64,000 bases of DNA. Source: Myxococcota bacterium. GTDB lineage: Bacteria > Myxococcota_A > UBA9160 > SMWR01. Position 1 is the stretch's first letter. Every line of letters starts with the position of its first letter. The position numbers were made by a program, and so were the translations under genes. The stretch lies in contig JBCCEW010000004.1 in NCBI GenBank assembly GCA_039030075.1, forward strand, positions 25,826 through 89,825, read 5' to 3'. Below, one piece after another: positions 35,132 to 45,128 of the stretch. The notes under the pieces were generated by a model. That model saw only the letters and a list, made by a program, of their open reading frames with translations, made no database searches and had not been told where the DNA came from.

Positions 35132-36202
35132 TCACGCGCGGGTCCCGGGCAGCGCGAAGCGCCCGCGCGCGGTGATCGGCGGCAGGTCCAAGGTGGTGCG
35201 GATGCCCGGCGCGGCTTCGCACACGGGGCGAATCGCGTTCACGCAGTTCATCGCCGTGCACTGCAGGCCGAACTCGGTCGACTCGCCGTCGGTCACCGGG
35301 CCGAAGGAGCAGCGCAGCGGCGGCTCGCCGTCGATCTCCACGATGTATTCGAGCACCGCGTCGTAGGGCCAGTTCGGCTCGATGTCGTGCGACATGCGCC
35401 AGTAGGTCTGGAACTCGATGACCGGCTCGCCCGCCACGAGCCCGAGATACTCGTAGTGCTGACCGGCCACGTGGCCCTTCGGGATCTTCCCGGCGGATAC
35501 CTCGAGATCCTCGTTCGCCACCGCGAACTCGAAGGAACTCTTGTGGTCGTCGAGCTCGAACCCGAGCCCCGCGGCGATCAGGTCCATCGACTCGAAGAAG
35601 ATCTTGCTCATCACGCCGAGCAACATCGGCGGTCGCTTGCGCGCAGCGTCGGCCGAGGCGCCGAAACCGAGGGCGCCCATCACCATCTCGGGGCTCTCGC
35701 TCATCACGCTCATGTTGCAGACCTCGATCACGCGGATGCGGTCGATGCGGCGCGAGAGGCCCGACATGACGATCGGAAGACGGTCTCCGCCGAAGCCCGG
35801 GTGAATGCCGGTGCCGTGGAGCGAGCTCCGGCCTTCCGCGCAGGCCGCCTCGATCTTTCGCTTCGCCTTGCCTTCCTTGAGGTAGACCCAGCCCGAAGGC
35901 GTCACGACGTCGAGCCCCGAGGCCAAGAGCCGACACATCTCGTCGAGGTCCGTGAGCAGCGGTGCGTACAACACGCAGTCAGCGCCCAGTGCCAGCAGGG
36001 CGTCGACGTCGCGGGTGGCAGCGACGCCCAGCGGCTCGATCCCCGCCAGGGTTCCGGCGTCCACACCTTCCTTCTCCTCCGAGAACACCCAGACGCCGGC
36101 GAGTTCGAGGGCCGGATCCTCGACGATGGCCGGAATGGCGTGGCGACCCACGCTCCCCGTCGCCCACTGAATCACCCGGATCGGACGCTCCAACGTCGGC
36201 AC
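35132..36202 (-). CDS. DapB-like/NAD(P)H-dependent amine dehydrogenase family oxidoreductase
   Basis: N-terminal Rossmann IRVIQWATGSVGRHAI; dihydrodipicolinate reductase-like fold; 17 nt upstream of the Rieske gene. Confidence 0.55.
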   Translation of the reverse strand: MPTLERPIRVIQWATGSVGRHAIPAIVEDPALELAGVWVFSEEKEGVDAGTLAGIEPLGVAATRDVDALLALGADCVLYAPLLTDLDEMCRLLASGLDVVTPSGWVYLKEGKAKRKIEAACAEGRSSLHGTGIHPGFGGDRLPIVMSGLSRRIDRIRVIEVCNMSVMSESPEMVMGALGFGASADAARKRPPMLLGVMSKIFFESMDLIAAGLGFELDDHKSSFEFAVANEDLEVSAGKIPKGHVAGQHYEYLGLVAGEPVIEFQTYWRMSHDIEPNWPYDAVLEYIVEIDGEPPLRCSFGPVTDGESTEFGLQCTAMNCVNAIRPVCEAAPGIRTTLDLPPITARGRFALPGTRA

Positions 36203-36237
36203 TCCTCATGAGAGAAAGGGAGCCCAGAATACCGGGT

Positions 36238-37221
36238 TCAGCGCCGGCGGGGACGCGCGACCGCGCGCCAGGCACCCACCGCTCCGCATAAGCCGAGCCC
36301 GGCAGCGAGCGCACCGAGCGCCAGCGGCGCGATGCTGGGCACGGCGAACGCGAACGGCGTCTCCGCCACCCACTCGGGTCCGGGCGGAGCGGATCCGCCG
36401 AAGAAGATCGTCCCCGTTCCGCCGTTTCCGGTCGCGTCCGCGGTGGTGGCGCCCGCTCCTTCGTCGAAGTGGTAGAGCGCCGCGGTCTGGGCGTCGGGGG
36501 CGAACGGAGTCGTGGGCGGGGGGAACGGCGTCGTGTAGCGGAGCACCGTCGAGAAGCGCACCTCGTCGAGGAAGCCGTCGTAGTTGATGCCTGCGAACCC
36601 GTGCTTCTCGGCACCGAAGACCCAGAACGGGTCCGAGTTGTCGCAGGGCGAAGCCCCCGAGCCCCCATCCGGGCTGCAGAACGTGCCCGGGACGGCGCCG
36701 ACCGGATAACTGACGTCGCCCGTGGGGCCGCCGGAAACAGGCCCCTCCGTATCGAGTACGCCGTCCACCCAGATTCGCAGCCGTCCGTCGGACGCGCGCC
36801 GCTCCACCGCCACGTGGTGCCATGCATCGTCGGCGACGACGACACTGCCGCACAGGGTGTAGTCGACGAAGTCGTCTCCAACGCCGAAGGCGACCGCGCC
36901 GTCGAGCAGACCGATCCCGACCTTCCGGGGCTGACCGAAACGATCGCGGTCGATCAGGATGTTCGAGTTCACCCAGTCGATCCCGAAACCGCACGCGAAG
37001 CCACCGTTGGGATTGTCGGCAGCGCTCGCGCGCAGGAAGAACTCGATCGTGAAATCCGCAACCCCGATGTTCACCGCGGCAGGGGGCAGCGTGTCGATCT
37101 TCACGCGGTCGGGGAAGACGAAGTTCTCGCCCGGGCTGCCACCGTGGCCGCGAAAGCGCAGCGACTGGGCGTCGGCCGCAAGCGCAGCAAAGCCGAGAAG
37201 GACCACCAGCGCGAGCGGCAT
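36238..37221 (-). CDS. secreted LamG/concanavalin-A-like jellyroll protein with hydrophobic C-terminal anchor
   Basis: Signal peptide MPLALVVLLGFAALAADAQS; LamG-like block (...DDAWHHVAVERRASDGRLRIWVDGVL...); C-terminus ...PLALGALAAGLGLCGAVGAWRAVARPRRR (TM helix and Arg cluster; PEP motif degenerate). Confidence 0.7.
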   Translation of the reverse strand: MPLALVVLLGFAALAADAQSLRFRGHGGSPGENFVFPDRVKIDTLPPAAVNIGVADFTIEFFLRASAADNPNGGFACGFGIDWVNSNILIDRDRFGQPRKVGIGLLDGAVAFGVGDDFVDYTLCGSVVVADDAWHHVAVERRASDGRLRIWVDGVLDTEGPVSGGPTGDVSYPVGAVPGTFCSPDGGSGASPCDNSDPFWVFGAEKHGFAGINYDGFLDEVRFSTVLRYTTPFPPPTTPFAPDAQTAALYHFDEGAGATTADATGNGGTGTIFFGGSAPPGPEWVAETPFAFAVPSIAPLALGALAAGLGLCGAVGAWRAVARPRRR

Positions 37222-37226
37222 TCGCC

Positions 37227-39668
37227 TCACGCTCGGCGTCGACGCCTCAGTGTGACGAGGAACGCGCCCCCCAGCACGAGGGGGAGGACGCCGCCCGGCT
37301 CGGGAAGGAAGCTCGTCTCCGACGCCAGCTCTCCGACCTCGGACGCGGAGAGCGGACGGCCGTAGACGCGGACGCCCTCGATGGCGCCGTTGGAATCGTG
37401 GACGATCTGACCGTCGCCGCCGATCCGCATTGGATCGGGCCCGGTGTCGAGCACGCTTCCACCGAGGGGATCGGTGGTGTCGAGGGCACCGTTCACGTAT
37501 ACGCGCGCCTCGCCGGCCACGGGGTCGAGGGTGGCCGCGAGATGGGTCCAGGCTCCCGCCTCGAGCGTGCCGGGTGTCGTGAAGAGGTTCTGCAGGCTCC
37601 CGTCCACCTCCCACTGCAACTCGAGGAACGTGCCCGTGCGCTGGAACAGGCGCGTGCGCACCTCGCCCGTCAAACCAGACACGAGCGCCTTGAGGTTCTC
37701 GGACGGATCGATCGAATCGAAGCGCGCCCAGAGCGACACCGAGAGCCCCTGTGCAAACGAGGCGGTGGGTGCCGCGATCTGCACTTCGCTCCCGGCCGCG
37801 GCGCCGAACCGCAGGCCCTTCCCGCGCAACGCGGCCTGCCAAGGGGTATCTCGCGGTGTCGTCGTCGGCAGGTTGAGCAGCGCTCCATGGCGCCCGTTAC
37901 CGGACGCATCCTCGGTCATCGTCCCGCGCCCCTCTTCGAGGGGCCACCACCCGAGGACGTCCTCGAGGCCGGTCGGCAGCTCCGGGTTCTCGTAGATCCC
38001 GCGGTCCGTCGACGCTCCCTGTGGCCTCGAGAGCCCGAGGAAGTCGTAGGGCGCTTCGGCGAGATCGACTCCCGTGTTCGCGCCCAGGCTGATCGAAGCC
38101 AGGCGATACAAGCCGTCGGGCGCGGAGACGAAGGCCGGCGCGCCGGTATCCGAGGCCGCGCTGTACCCCTTACCGGCCAGGAGCGCTGCGGGGTCCGCGT
38201 AGAGGTTCGTGTCGAACTCGCTCTGGCGGTCCTCCACGACGTTGTGATCGATCGTGGTCCCGGTGTCGTTGTCACAAGGCGTCGGCGGCGACTGAACGCA
38301 ATTGACGATGCGTTCGCGGTAGTTGTAGGTCGCCGTGTTGTTCCAGAAGACGTTGTTCGAGACCTCGTTGTTCAGGCTCTCGATGCTCTCTTTCGGATCC
38401 GTGTCGTTGACGAACCCTTCGCTGAACTGAACGAGGGTTTCGTTGGCATTGGTGAGACCACTCGCCGTGACGTCCGAGTTGACGACAACGTTGTTGACGA
38501 ACTTCGAGTTGAGCGCACCGATGAAGTTCACGACCGAAGGCGCCACGACGTTGTCGAAGAGGTTGTTGCGCACGATCATCTCGCGCACGACGGGTTTCCC
38601 GGACACGTTGCTGTTCCCACCGATCGCGACGACGGCGAAGCGGGTGCGCAGGTCGTAGAAGCGGTTGCCCTCGACCAGGATTCGGATGCTCTCGTTCTTC
38701 GCAGACACGCCGTTCGTGCGGTAGCCATCGGGGTGTCGCGACGGATCGGGGTCGCGGATCGGGACGCCGTCGTGGATCGAGCAGTTCCGCACAGTCCAGA
38801 AATCGCCACCGGTGATGTCCACGCCGTTCTCACCGAAGTGATAGATGTCCGAGTTCTCGAGGAGGCCGTGGACGCTCTGCAGATCGTTCACGCCATTCGA
38901 GCCGTTGATCTTGAGCCCGTCCTGGAACGAGTTGCGCAAGGTGAGGCGACGACCGGTGAAGTAGTCGCCGCTGACGCGCACGGGATCGTTCGCGTTCTCG
39001 ATCGTCAGGTCTTCGAGAACGATGTGATCGATTCCATCCACGATGTCGATCACCCGCGCCGCGCGCGAGAGTTCGATATTCGTGAGTCCCGGGTTGCCAC
39101 CGCCCTGCACCTGCACCCAGGCGAAAGCATCGATGCAGCCGGTCTCGCGAGAACGCGTCCAGAAGCCCGGCCCCGTGATGTGCTCGGCCAGGCCGTCGTA
39201 GGCGAGGCCGAGGGCGTCCTGCGCCATCTGGAACGAATCGAGATCGACGGTGACGTTGTAGAAGCAGTCGGGGGAGCCGATGTACTTCCACACGCCGGGC
39301 ACGGGCATGCTCATCACGTCGGTCGCGGGCTCCCAGAGCAGCGGGTCCGACGCGTCGATCGCGCCCGACAGCACGACGGCTTCGCCCGGAGCCGCCTTGA
39401 CGGTGATCGGCGCAGCCCCCGTCCCACTGTTCGCGAAGGTCACGGTGGTTTCGCGGTACATACCGGCTCGCACGAGCAGCGTGTCCCCGGCCTGGAGCTG
39501 CGCGGCGCCGAACTTCACCGTGGCCCAAGGGTTGGCCTCGCTGCCGTCGCCGCTGACGTCGTCTCCGGTGGTGGCCGCGTAGTAGGTCGCGGCAGGAGCG
39601 GCCGTCGCCCAGAGCATCGAGAACGCCAAGAGGCCCAGACGGACCGCTCCGGCTCGGCATCGCCGCAT
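37227..39668 (-). CDS. secreted right-handed beta-helix (pectin-lyase fold) + LamG-domain protein with PEP-CTERM
   Basis: RBS GGAGGA before MRRCRAGAVRLGLLAFSMLWATAAPAA signal; parallel beta-helix repeats (NSDIYHFGENGVDITGGDFWTVRNCSIHDG...); C-terminal LamG-like domain; terminal SFLPEPGGVLPLVLGGAFLVTLRRRRRA. Confidence 0.8.
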   Translation of the reverse strand: MRRCRAGAVRLGLLAFSMLWATAAPAATYYAATTGDDVSGDGSEANPWATVKFGAAQLQAGDTLLVRAGMYRETTVTFANSGTGAAPITVKAAPGEAVVLSGAIDASDPLLWEPATDVMSMPVPGVWKYIGSPDCFYNVTVDLDSFQMAQDALGLAYDGLAEHITGPGFWTRSRETGCIDAFAWVQVQGGGNPGLTNIELSRAARVIDIVDGIDHIVLEDLTIENANDPVRVSGDYFTGRRLTLRNSFQDGLKINGSNGVNDLQSVHGLLENSDIYHFGENGVDITGGDFWTVRNCSIHDGVPIRDPDPSRHPDGYRTNGVSAKNESIRILVEGNRFYDLRTRFAVVAIGGNSNVSGKPVVREMIVRNNLFDNVVAPSVVNFIGALNSKFVNNVVVNSDVTASGLTNANETLVQFSEGFVNDTDPKESIESLNNEVSNNVFWNNTATYNYRERIVNCVQSPPTPCDNDTGTTIDHNVVEDRQSEFDTNLYADPAALLAGKGYSAASDTGAPAFVSAPDGLYRLASISLGANTGVDLAEAPYDFLGLSRPQGASTDRGIYENPELPTGLEDVLGWWPLEEGRGTMTEDASGNGRHGALLNLPTTTPRDTPWQAALRGKGLRFGAAAGSEVQIAAPTASFAQGLSVSLWARFDSIDPSENLKALVSGLTGEVRTRLFQRTGTFLELQWEVDGSLQNLFTTPGTLEAGAWTHLAATLDPVAGEARVYVNGALDTTDPLGGSVLDTGPDPMRIGGDGQIVHDSNGAIEGVRVYGRPLSASEVGELASETSFLPEPGGVLPLVLGGAFLVTLRRRRRA

Positions 39669-39962
39669 GAGGGAATCCTCCATGACAGGACCGGGTTTCC
39701 TCGCCCCGTCCGGCCGGGTACGCACGATCCCAGCATACGGGCCCCGACACCGTCCCGGGTAGCGCTTTTCATAGCTCCACTGCGCCAGATTACGGCGTCG
39801 TTCCAACGACTTGCATGGTCGCCGGCCGCCTGCGACCACGCCCTGAGAAGTGGCGAGGCGCCTCGTGCGAGGGCCCGCTGCTTCGACATACACTGGCGAT
39901 CACAGGCTTTCCGGCTCGCCCCGACCGGACCCGTCGCTCCGCGCGACCACAGGAGACCCCCT

Positions 39963-40358
39963 TTGGCTGAACCCATCCCCTTCGTCGACTATCTGGTCCT
40001 CGGTGACCAACCCCACCTGGTCGCCAACGAGTGCACCCAGTGCGGCGCGCGCTACTTCGATCGGCGCAGTGCCTGCGCCCAGTGCTCGGGCACCGAGTTC
40101 AAGCAGGTCCCGATCGCCACCGAGGGCGAGCTGCGCACCTTCACCATCGTCGCCTTCGCCGCGCCGGGCATCCCGGTGCCCTTCGTGTCGGGCGTCGTCG
40201 ACTGCCAGGGCACCAGCGTCCGCGCCAACATCGTGAACGTCCCGGCCGACCCCGAGCACGTGAAGCTCGGCATGAAGGTGCGGCTCACCACCTTCCCGAT
40301 CGGGTCCGACGGCGAGGGCACCGAAGCCATCAACTTCGGCTTCGAACCGATCCCGTAA
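39963..40358 (+). CDS. Zn-ribbon OB-fold protein (DUF35 family), thiolase partner
   Basis: CxxC...CxxC ribbon (CTQCGARYFDRRSACAQCSG) plus OB-fold; TTG start after AGGAGA RBS; only the last 131 codons of ORF 37398..40358 are genuine. Confidence 0.7.
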   Translation: MAEPIPFVDYLVLGDQPHLVANECTQCGARYFDRRSACAQCSGTEFKQVPIATEGELRTFTIVAFAAPGIPVPFVSGVVDCQGTSVRANIVNVPADPEHVKLGMKVRLTTFPIGSDGEGTEAINFGFEPIP

Positions 40359-40447
40359 CCCTCGGGCCCTCGCTTCTTGTCCGACTCATCCGGCGAATTT
40401 TCACTCGACTCATCTGGCGACCCGTCGCCGCTCGAAAAGGAAACACC

Positions 40448-41650
40448 ATGGCCAGCGAAGACCTCTGGATCCTCGGCATCAACATGACCCAGTTCGGGAA
40501 GCACCACGACAAGGACATCCTCGATCTGGCGACCGAAGCCACCTTGGCGGCGCTGAAGGATGGCGGCGTGACCATGCAGGACATGGGCGTCCTCGCCGCC
40601 GGAAACCTGATGGGCCGCGGCTCGGTGGCCCAGGAGATCCAGAAGCAGGTCGGCCAGACCGGGATCCCGGCCTACAACGTCGCTAACGCCTGCGCGACGG
40701 GCGCGACCGCCCTGCGCGTCGCCGCCCTGACGGTGAAGGCCGGCGAAGCCGACATGGGGCTCGCGGTGGGCGTCGAAAAGCTCGCCGGGGCGGGGCTCCT
40801 GGTCGGCGGGTCACGCAAGGACGACGGCGACACCTGGGAGCGATCGGGACGCTTCGGCGCCGTCGCACCGGTGGACGGGCGCATCGGCACCGACACGATG
40901 CCGGGTGTGTTCGCCCAGGTGGGCATGGAGTACGGGCACCGCTACGGCGGCGCGAGTTTCGAGCTCTTCGCCCAGATCTCCGAAAAGAACCACTCTCACT
41001 CGACGCTCAACCCGCTCGCGGCGTACACGAAGAAGATGACGCTCGAGCAGATCATGGGCGACATCATGATCGCCTACCCGAACACGCGCCCGATGTGCTC
41101 GGCGAACTGCGACGGGGCGGCGGCCGCGGTCGTCGTGAGCGACGCGAAGCTGAAGACGCTCTCGCTCGAGCAGCAGCGCCGCGCCGTGAAGATCTCGGCG
41201 TCGATCCTGACCAGCGATCCCTACCAGGAAGCCTGCCAGGTGCTGCCCGACGTCAACACCCTCACGCGACGCGCGGCCGAGCAGGCGTACGAGCAGGCGG
41301 GCGTCGGGCCGGAAGACCTCGACCTCGTCGAGCTGCACGACTGTTTCGCCACCGCCGAGCTCGTGCACTACGACAACCTGAAGCTCTGCCCCGAGGGCGA
41401 GGCCGTCGACTTCTTCAAGTCGGGCGCCACCTGGCGCGACGGCCGCATGCCCGTGAACGTGTCGGGCGGCCTGCAGTCGAAGGGCCACCCCATCGCGGCG
41501 ACGGGCATCGCCAACATCTGGGAGGTCTGCCACCACCTGCGCGGCGAAGCGGGCCCGCGCCAGATCGAGGGCGCAAAGGTCGGCCTGGCCCACGTAATCG
41601 GGCTGGCCTCGGCCTGTGGCGTGCACATCCTGGAGAAGTCGGCCGCCTAG
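40448..41650 (+). CDS. thiolase-like protein (SCP-x/nonspecific lipid-transfer thiolase family)
   Basis: Thiolase fold with NACATGATAL (Cys nucleophile) and C-terminal GHPIAATG...H..CG motifs; the classic DUF35+SCP-x-thiolase pair. Confidence 0.8.
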   Translation: MASEDLWILGINMTQFGKHHDKDILDLATEATLAALKDGGVTMQDMGVLAAGNLMGRGSVAQEIQKQVGQTGIPAYNVANACATGATALRVAALTVKAGEADMGLAVGVEKLAGAGLLVGGSRKDDGDTWERSGRFGAVAPVDGRIGTDTMPGVFAQVGMEYGHRYGGASFELFAQISEKNHSHSTLNPLAAYTKKMTLEQIMGDIMIAYPNTRPMCSANCDGAAAAVVVSDAKLKTLSLEQQRRAVKISASILTSDPYQEACQVLPDVNTLTRRAAEQAYEQAGVGPEDLDLVELHDCFATAELVHYDNLKLCPEGEAVDFFKSGATWRDGRMPVNVSGGLQSKGHPIAATGIANIWEVCHHLRGEAGPRQIEGAKVGLAHVIGLASACGVHILEKSAA

Positions 41651-41733
41651 AACGCGTTCACACGAGCGAAACAGGACGGCCCATCCGAGCGCTCGGATGG
41701 GCCGTCCTCGTTTCCGTGGATGCGTGCGAAGTG

Positions 41734-42075
41734 CTACGGCACGCGCACCGCCATCGCCCGCACTTCCGTGCAGGTCTGGGTGAAGAGGATGAAATTCTTG
41801 CCGACGATGTCGATCGTGATGTCGACCAGGGCGTCGGTGCCGGGCTCCTTGGTCTTGGCCGCCTTCATGGCGTCGGCCACCTGATTGCCCCCGCTGATCG
41901 GAATGAGTCCGAGCAGCATGGTCTTGCAATCCTTGCCGGCGACCGGACCGATCACCGTGTAGCCACCTGGCTCGAGGGGGATGTTGGACGGGGCCACGCC
42001 ACCCGGCGCCCGCACACAGGCGGACATCGCGAAACACACGAAGAGGACGAGCAAGAAACGACGCATCGAGTTCAC
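41734..42075 (-). CDS. TRL-like family small lipoprotein
   Basis: Signal peptide + lipobox (AMSAC); GKDCKTMLLGLIPISGGNQVADAMKAA...ALVDITIDIVGKNFILFTQTCTEV fits TRL-like pattern C..LLGL...GD/G....A....vD.......f....CT.V. Confidence 0.55.
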   Translation of the reverse strand: MNSMRRFLLVLFVCFAMSACVRAPGGVAPSNIPLEPGGYTVIGPVAGKDCKTMLLGLIPISGGNQVADAMKAAKTKEPGTDALVDITIDIVGKNFILFTQTCTEVRAMAVRVP

Positions 42076-42270
42076 TCCATTCGTTGGCGGTTCAGGGACG
42101 CATCACCGTAACGCGAGGCGCCCATCGAGAGAAGCGTGTTCCGAGCCCGGCGTCCGGGCCCGCGGGGCCGCAAGCGCGGCTGCTGCGCGCTCGTGAACTT
42201 CGGGCTTCCGAGCCAGCCGGCCCTCGGAGTAGGCTGGTGGTGTCTGCCACCCCGTCGAGGGAGGTCGCCT

Positions 42271-43413
42271 GTGCGGTTGCGTGACGTCGCGCGAAAGGCC
42301 TTTGGACTTCTCCCGCTCCTGGTGTTCCCAGGCAGCGCCGCGGGCCTGGTCGTGGAATTCGACTCGACCTACGCCGCCGGTGTTGGGAGTGCCGGGAATC
42401 CGTTCAGCTACACGCAACGGATCGGCGCTCGCCCACGCTGCAACCAGGGGCTGGCTCCCCATGCGACCGGTGCGGTCCCTGGACACGGCGTCGCCGAGCT
42501 TGGATCGAGCGCGCCGCGCTCGCTGCGTGCACTGCGTCCTTTCCAGTACGGCACGCCGAACCCGACGGCGAACGTCACGGTAGTGGCGAAGCCCGGTGCC
42601 CCCGGCCCGAACGGCATGGCGCGATACGCGATGAGCACATGCGCAGTGGCGATCCCCACGAGTCTGCTCGGGCCGGCCCACTACACGGAATTCAGCAGTT
42701 TCGCCGCTCCTGCCGAGTTCGAGATCACGACGAGCACCACCGCCTCCGGGATGCGCATCTTTCAGCAGGGCAGCGTGCGGGAGGAGCATCGGGTCGGAGC
42801 CGGCCTCGGGCCCGGCAATCGGACGGTGAGCGTGCCGACGCCGACTGCGGGGGTCCCCTTGATGGCGGTGCTGGAGGCGGGTGCGGCGCGCTTCGGGGGC
42901 GGTTGGCGCGCCAGCGGCGCCGTGCAGAAGCGGCTTGGCGTAAACGCGTCGGCCGGAATCGTGATCGAGCTGGGCTGGCTGAGCGGACCTCACATGGTCG
43001 GCCACAACCGCGCAACTCCGACCCAGATCGTGACGGCAACCGGGTTTGCAACGAACCTGGCGACGATGGGATACGCGCCGATCACGGTGATGGTCTGGAA
43101 CCTGCCGTTCACCACGGGTCGCGTACGGGCGATCGAGCAGCTCGGCACGATTTCGACGGTCCGGACGGCAACCGGTGGTGACAACCGAAGCGGCCCGAAC
43201 TCCAGTATGGGAACGCTTCAGCTGGTGTCCCCTTGGATCGCGAACGTGACCCCTCCGTTCTGGGGGATCCGCTCGGCGGGCACCGCAACGCTCACCTTCG
43301 AGTTCCTGCCCGAACCGGCAGGGACGCTGTCTGCCCTCGCGGGCATCACCGCCGTACTCGTCCTGCATCGCCTTGCTCGCCGACAAGCGAGCCGGCGCTC
43401 CCGAACCGGGTGA
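42271..43413 (+). CDS. PEP-CTERM protein, diverged ninth member of the P1-P8 family
   Basis: GTG start after GGAGG; LVVEFDSTYAAGVGSAGNPFS...RPRCNQGLAPH...; C-terminal FLPEPAGTLSALAGITAVLVLHRLARRQASRRSRTG. Confidence 0.75.
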   Translation: MRLRDVARKAFGLLPLLVFPGSAAGLVVEFDSTYAAGVGSAGNPFSYTQRIGARPRCNQGLAPHATGAVPGHGVAELGSSAPRSLRALRPFQYGTPNPTANVTVVAKPGAPGPNGMARYAMSTCAVAIPTSLLGPAHYTEFSSFAAPAEFEITTSTTASGMRIFQQGSVREEHRVGAGLGPGNRTVSVPTPTAGVPLMAVLEAGAARFGGGWRASGAVQKRLGVNASAGIVIELGWLSGPHMVGHNRATPTQIVTATGFATNLATMGYAPITVMVWNLPFTTGRVRAIEQLGTISTVRTATGGDNRSGPNSSMGTLQLVSPWIANVTPPFWGIRSAGTATLTFEFLPEPAGTLSALAGITAVLVLHRLARRQASRRSRTG

Positions 43414-43799
43414 CCTAAGCGCGGGCCGGGGTGAGCGCGGGTACCGAACGGACCGTGCGGCGCGCGCGTACGCGCGACCAGGAGCGCTCTCCCGCGACGA
43501 GGACGCCGATCCCGAAGGACACGAACACGAACCAGGCCAGGAACAGAATCGGGAAGGTAATGGTCATGGGATCCTCCGGGGCGGCCCCTCTCGGGCACGA
43601 CCCCAAGGAACCGCAGGCCGGTGCCCGGGAGGTGTGAAGCACTTCACAGCCCGCGAGGGAAATCCCAAGGACCCGACCGGGATTCCTCCAAACCCCTGAA
43701 AAGAATGCACTTTCGACTCTACCCTCCGGCGCCTGGAAACGGTCCCCGCGCGCAAAAAGAGCGGTGGTGGCGCCCCTCGCAGGCCACACTCTCCGGGGA

Positions 43800-45053
43800 A
43801 TGGCCGGACCTGCCCCGCCCCTCGACCTCTCGAAGCCGATCCCGCTCGCGACCCAGGCGTTCGCGACCCACAAGTACGCCTACTACGAGCGCCTGCGGGC
43901 CGAGGCCCCGGTGTGCCGGGCCCGAGCCGGCTTCCTCCCGATCTACGTGGTCGCGCGGCACTCGGACTGCCTCGATCTCCTGAAGGACACGCGCTTCGTC
44001 CGCAACCGCTCGACGGCCACGGGAGGCGGGCGCATGCCCTTCCCTACCCCCCGGTCGGTGGCCCTGCTCGCCCAGAGCATGATCACCGAGGACGATCCGG
44101 CGCACCGGCGGCTGCGCAACCTCGTCAACCAGGCATTCACGCCCCGCGCCGTGGCGCGGCTGGAGCCGAGCATCCGCGCGTTCACCGCGCAGGCGCTCGA
44201 CAACCTCGAAGCCACCGCGCGTCGCCACCCCGAACGCGAGGTCGACCTGCTGCGCCACTTCGCCGCGCCGATTCCCGTCGCAGTGATCGGCGAGCTCGTC
44301 GGGGTGCCGCGCGCGATGATGCCCCGCTTCCAGGAGAGCGTGCGCGCGCTCACCGGCGGCCTCTCCCTATGGATGGTGCTGCGGCTGTTCGCCTGGGACT
44401 TGCGACGCGCGATCGCCCTCGTTCGCGAGCTCGTCGAAGCGAAGCGCAAGGACCCGGGGGACGATCTCTTGACCGGCCTCCTCGAAGCCGAAGCGGAAGG
44501 AGACCGGCTGACCGAGGACGAAGTGGTGAGCATGGTCTTCCTCCTGGTGGTGGCGGGCTTCGAGACGACGACGCACCTGATCGGCAACGGCGTCCGCACG
44601 CTCTTGCAGCACCCGGAGGCCTGGCGCGCACTCCGCGCAGATCCCGACGGTTGGCCGACCGCCGTCGAAGAGATCCTGCGCTTTCGCGGTCCGATTCACG
44701 GAACCAAGCTCCAGTACGCCACCGAAGAGGTCGAGCTCGCCGGCGTGAAGATCCCGAAGGGGTCGGCGGTGATCCCCCTGTTGGGTTCGGCGAACCACGA
44801 CCCCGACGCCTTCGACGCGCCCGAACGCTTCGACATCGCCCGCCACCCGAACCCGCACCTCGGCTTCTCCCACGGAAATCACTTCTGTCTGGGCGCGCAA
44901 CTCGCGCGACTCGAAACGCGCATCGCCCTCGAGGCGCTGATCGAGCGCTTTCCCGAAGCCCGCCTTGCCCCGCGAGCGGATGCGCTGGAACCCCAGAAGA
45001 TGCTGCTCTGGCATCGCTACGCCGAGATGCCGCTCACGCTTCCCGCAGGCTGA
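43800..45053 (+). CDS. cytochrome P450
   Basis: Heme-binding FSHGNHFCLGAQLA (FxxGxHxCxG) and EILRFRGP (ExxR) motifs. Confidence 0.9.
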   Translation: MAGPAPPLDLSKPIPLATQAFATHKYAYYERLRAEAPVCRARAGFLPIYVVARHSDCLDLLKDTRFVRNRSTATGGGRMPFPTPRSVALLAQSMITEDDPAHRRLRNLVNQAFTPRAVARLEPSIRAFTAQALDNLEATARRHPEREVDLLRHFAAPIPVAVIGELVGVPRAMMPRFQESVRALTGGLSLWMVLRLFAWDLRRAIALVRELVEAKRKDPGDDLLTGLLEAEAEGDRLTEDEVVSMVFLLVVAGFETTTHLIGNGVRTLLQHPEAWRALRADPDGWPTAVEEILRFRGPIHGTKLQYATEEVELAGVKIPKGSAVIPLLGSANHDPDAFDAPERFDIARHPNPHLGFSHGNHFCLGAQLARLETRIALEALIERFPEARLAPRADALEPQKMLLWHRYAEMPLTLPAG

Positions 45054-45128
45054 TTCGCTCCGGTGATTCGAATCGACGATCCGCCCGTGCCGCCTCCGTC
45101 CCCGCCAAACTGGTAGGCTGTTCCGACC

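Noticed and set aside
37398-39962. First 855 codons of ORF 37398..40358 (+)
   Set aside because: Antisense to the beta-helix/LamG PEP-CTERM gene; only the terminal 131 codons (39963..40358) form the DUF35 Zn-ribbon protein with its own RBS
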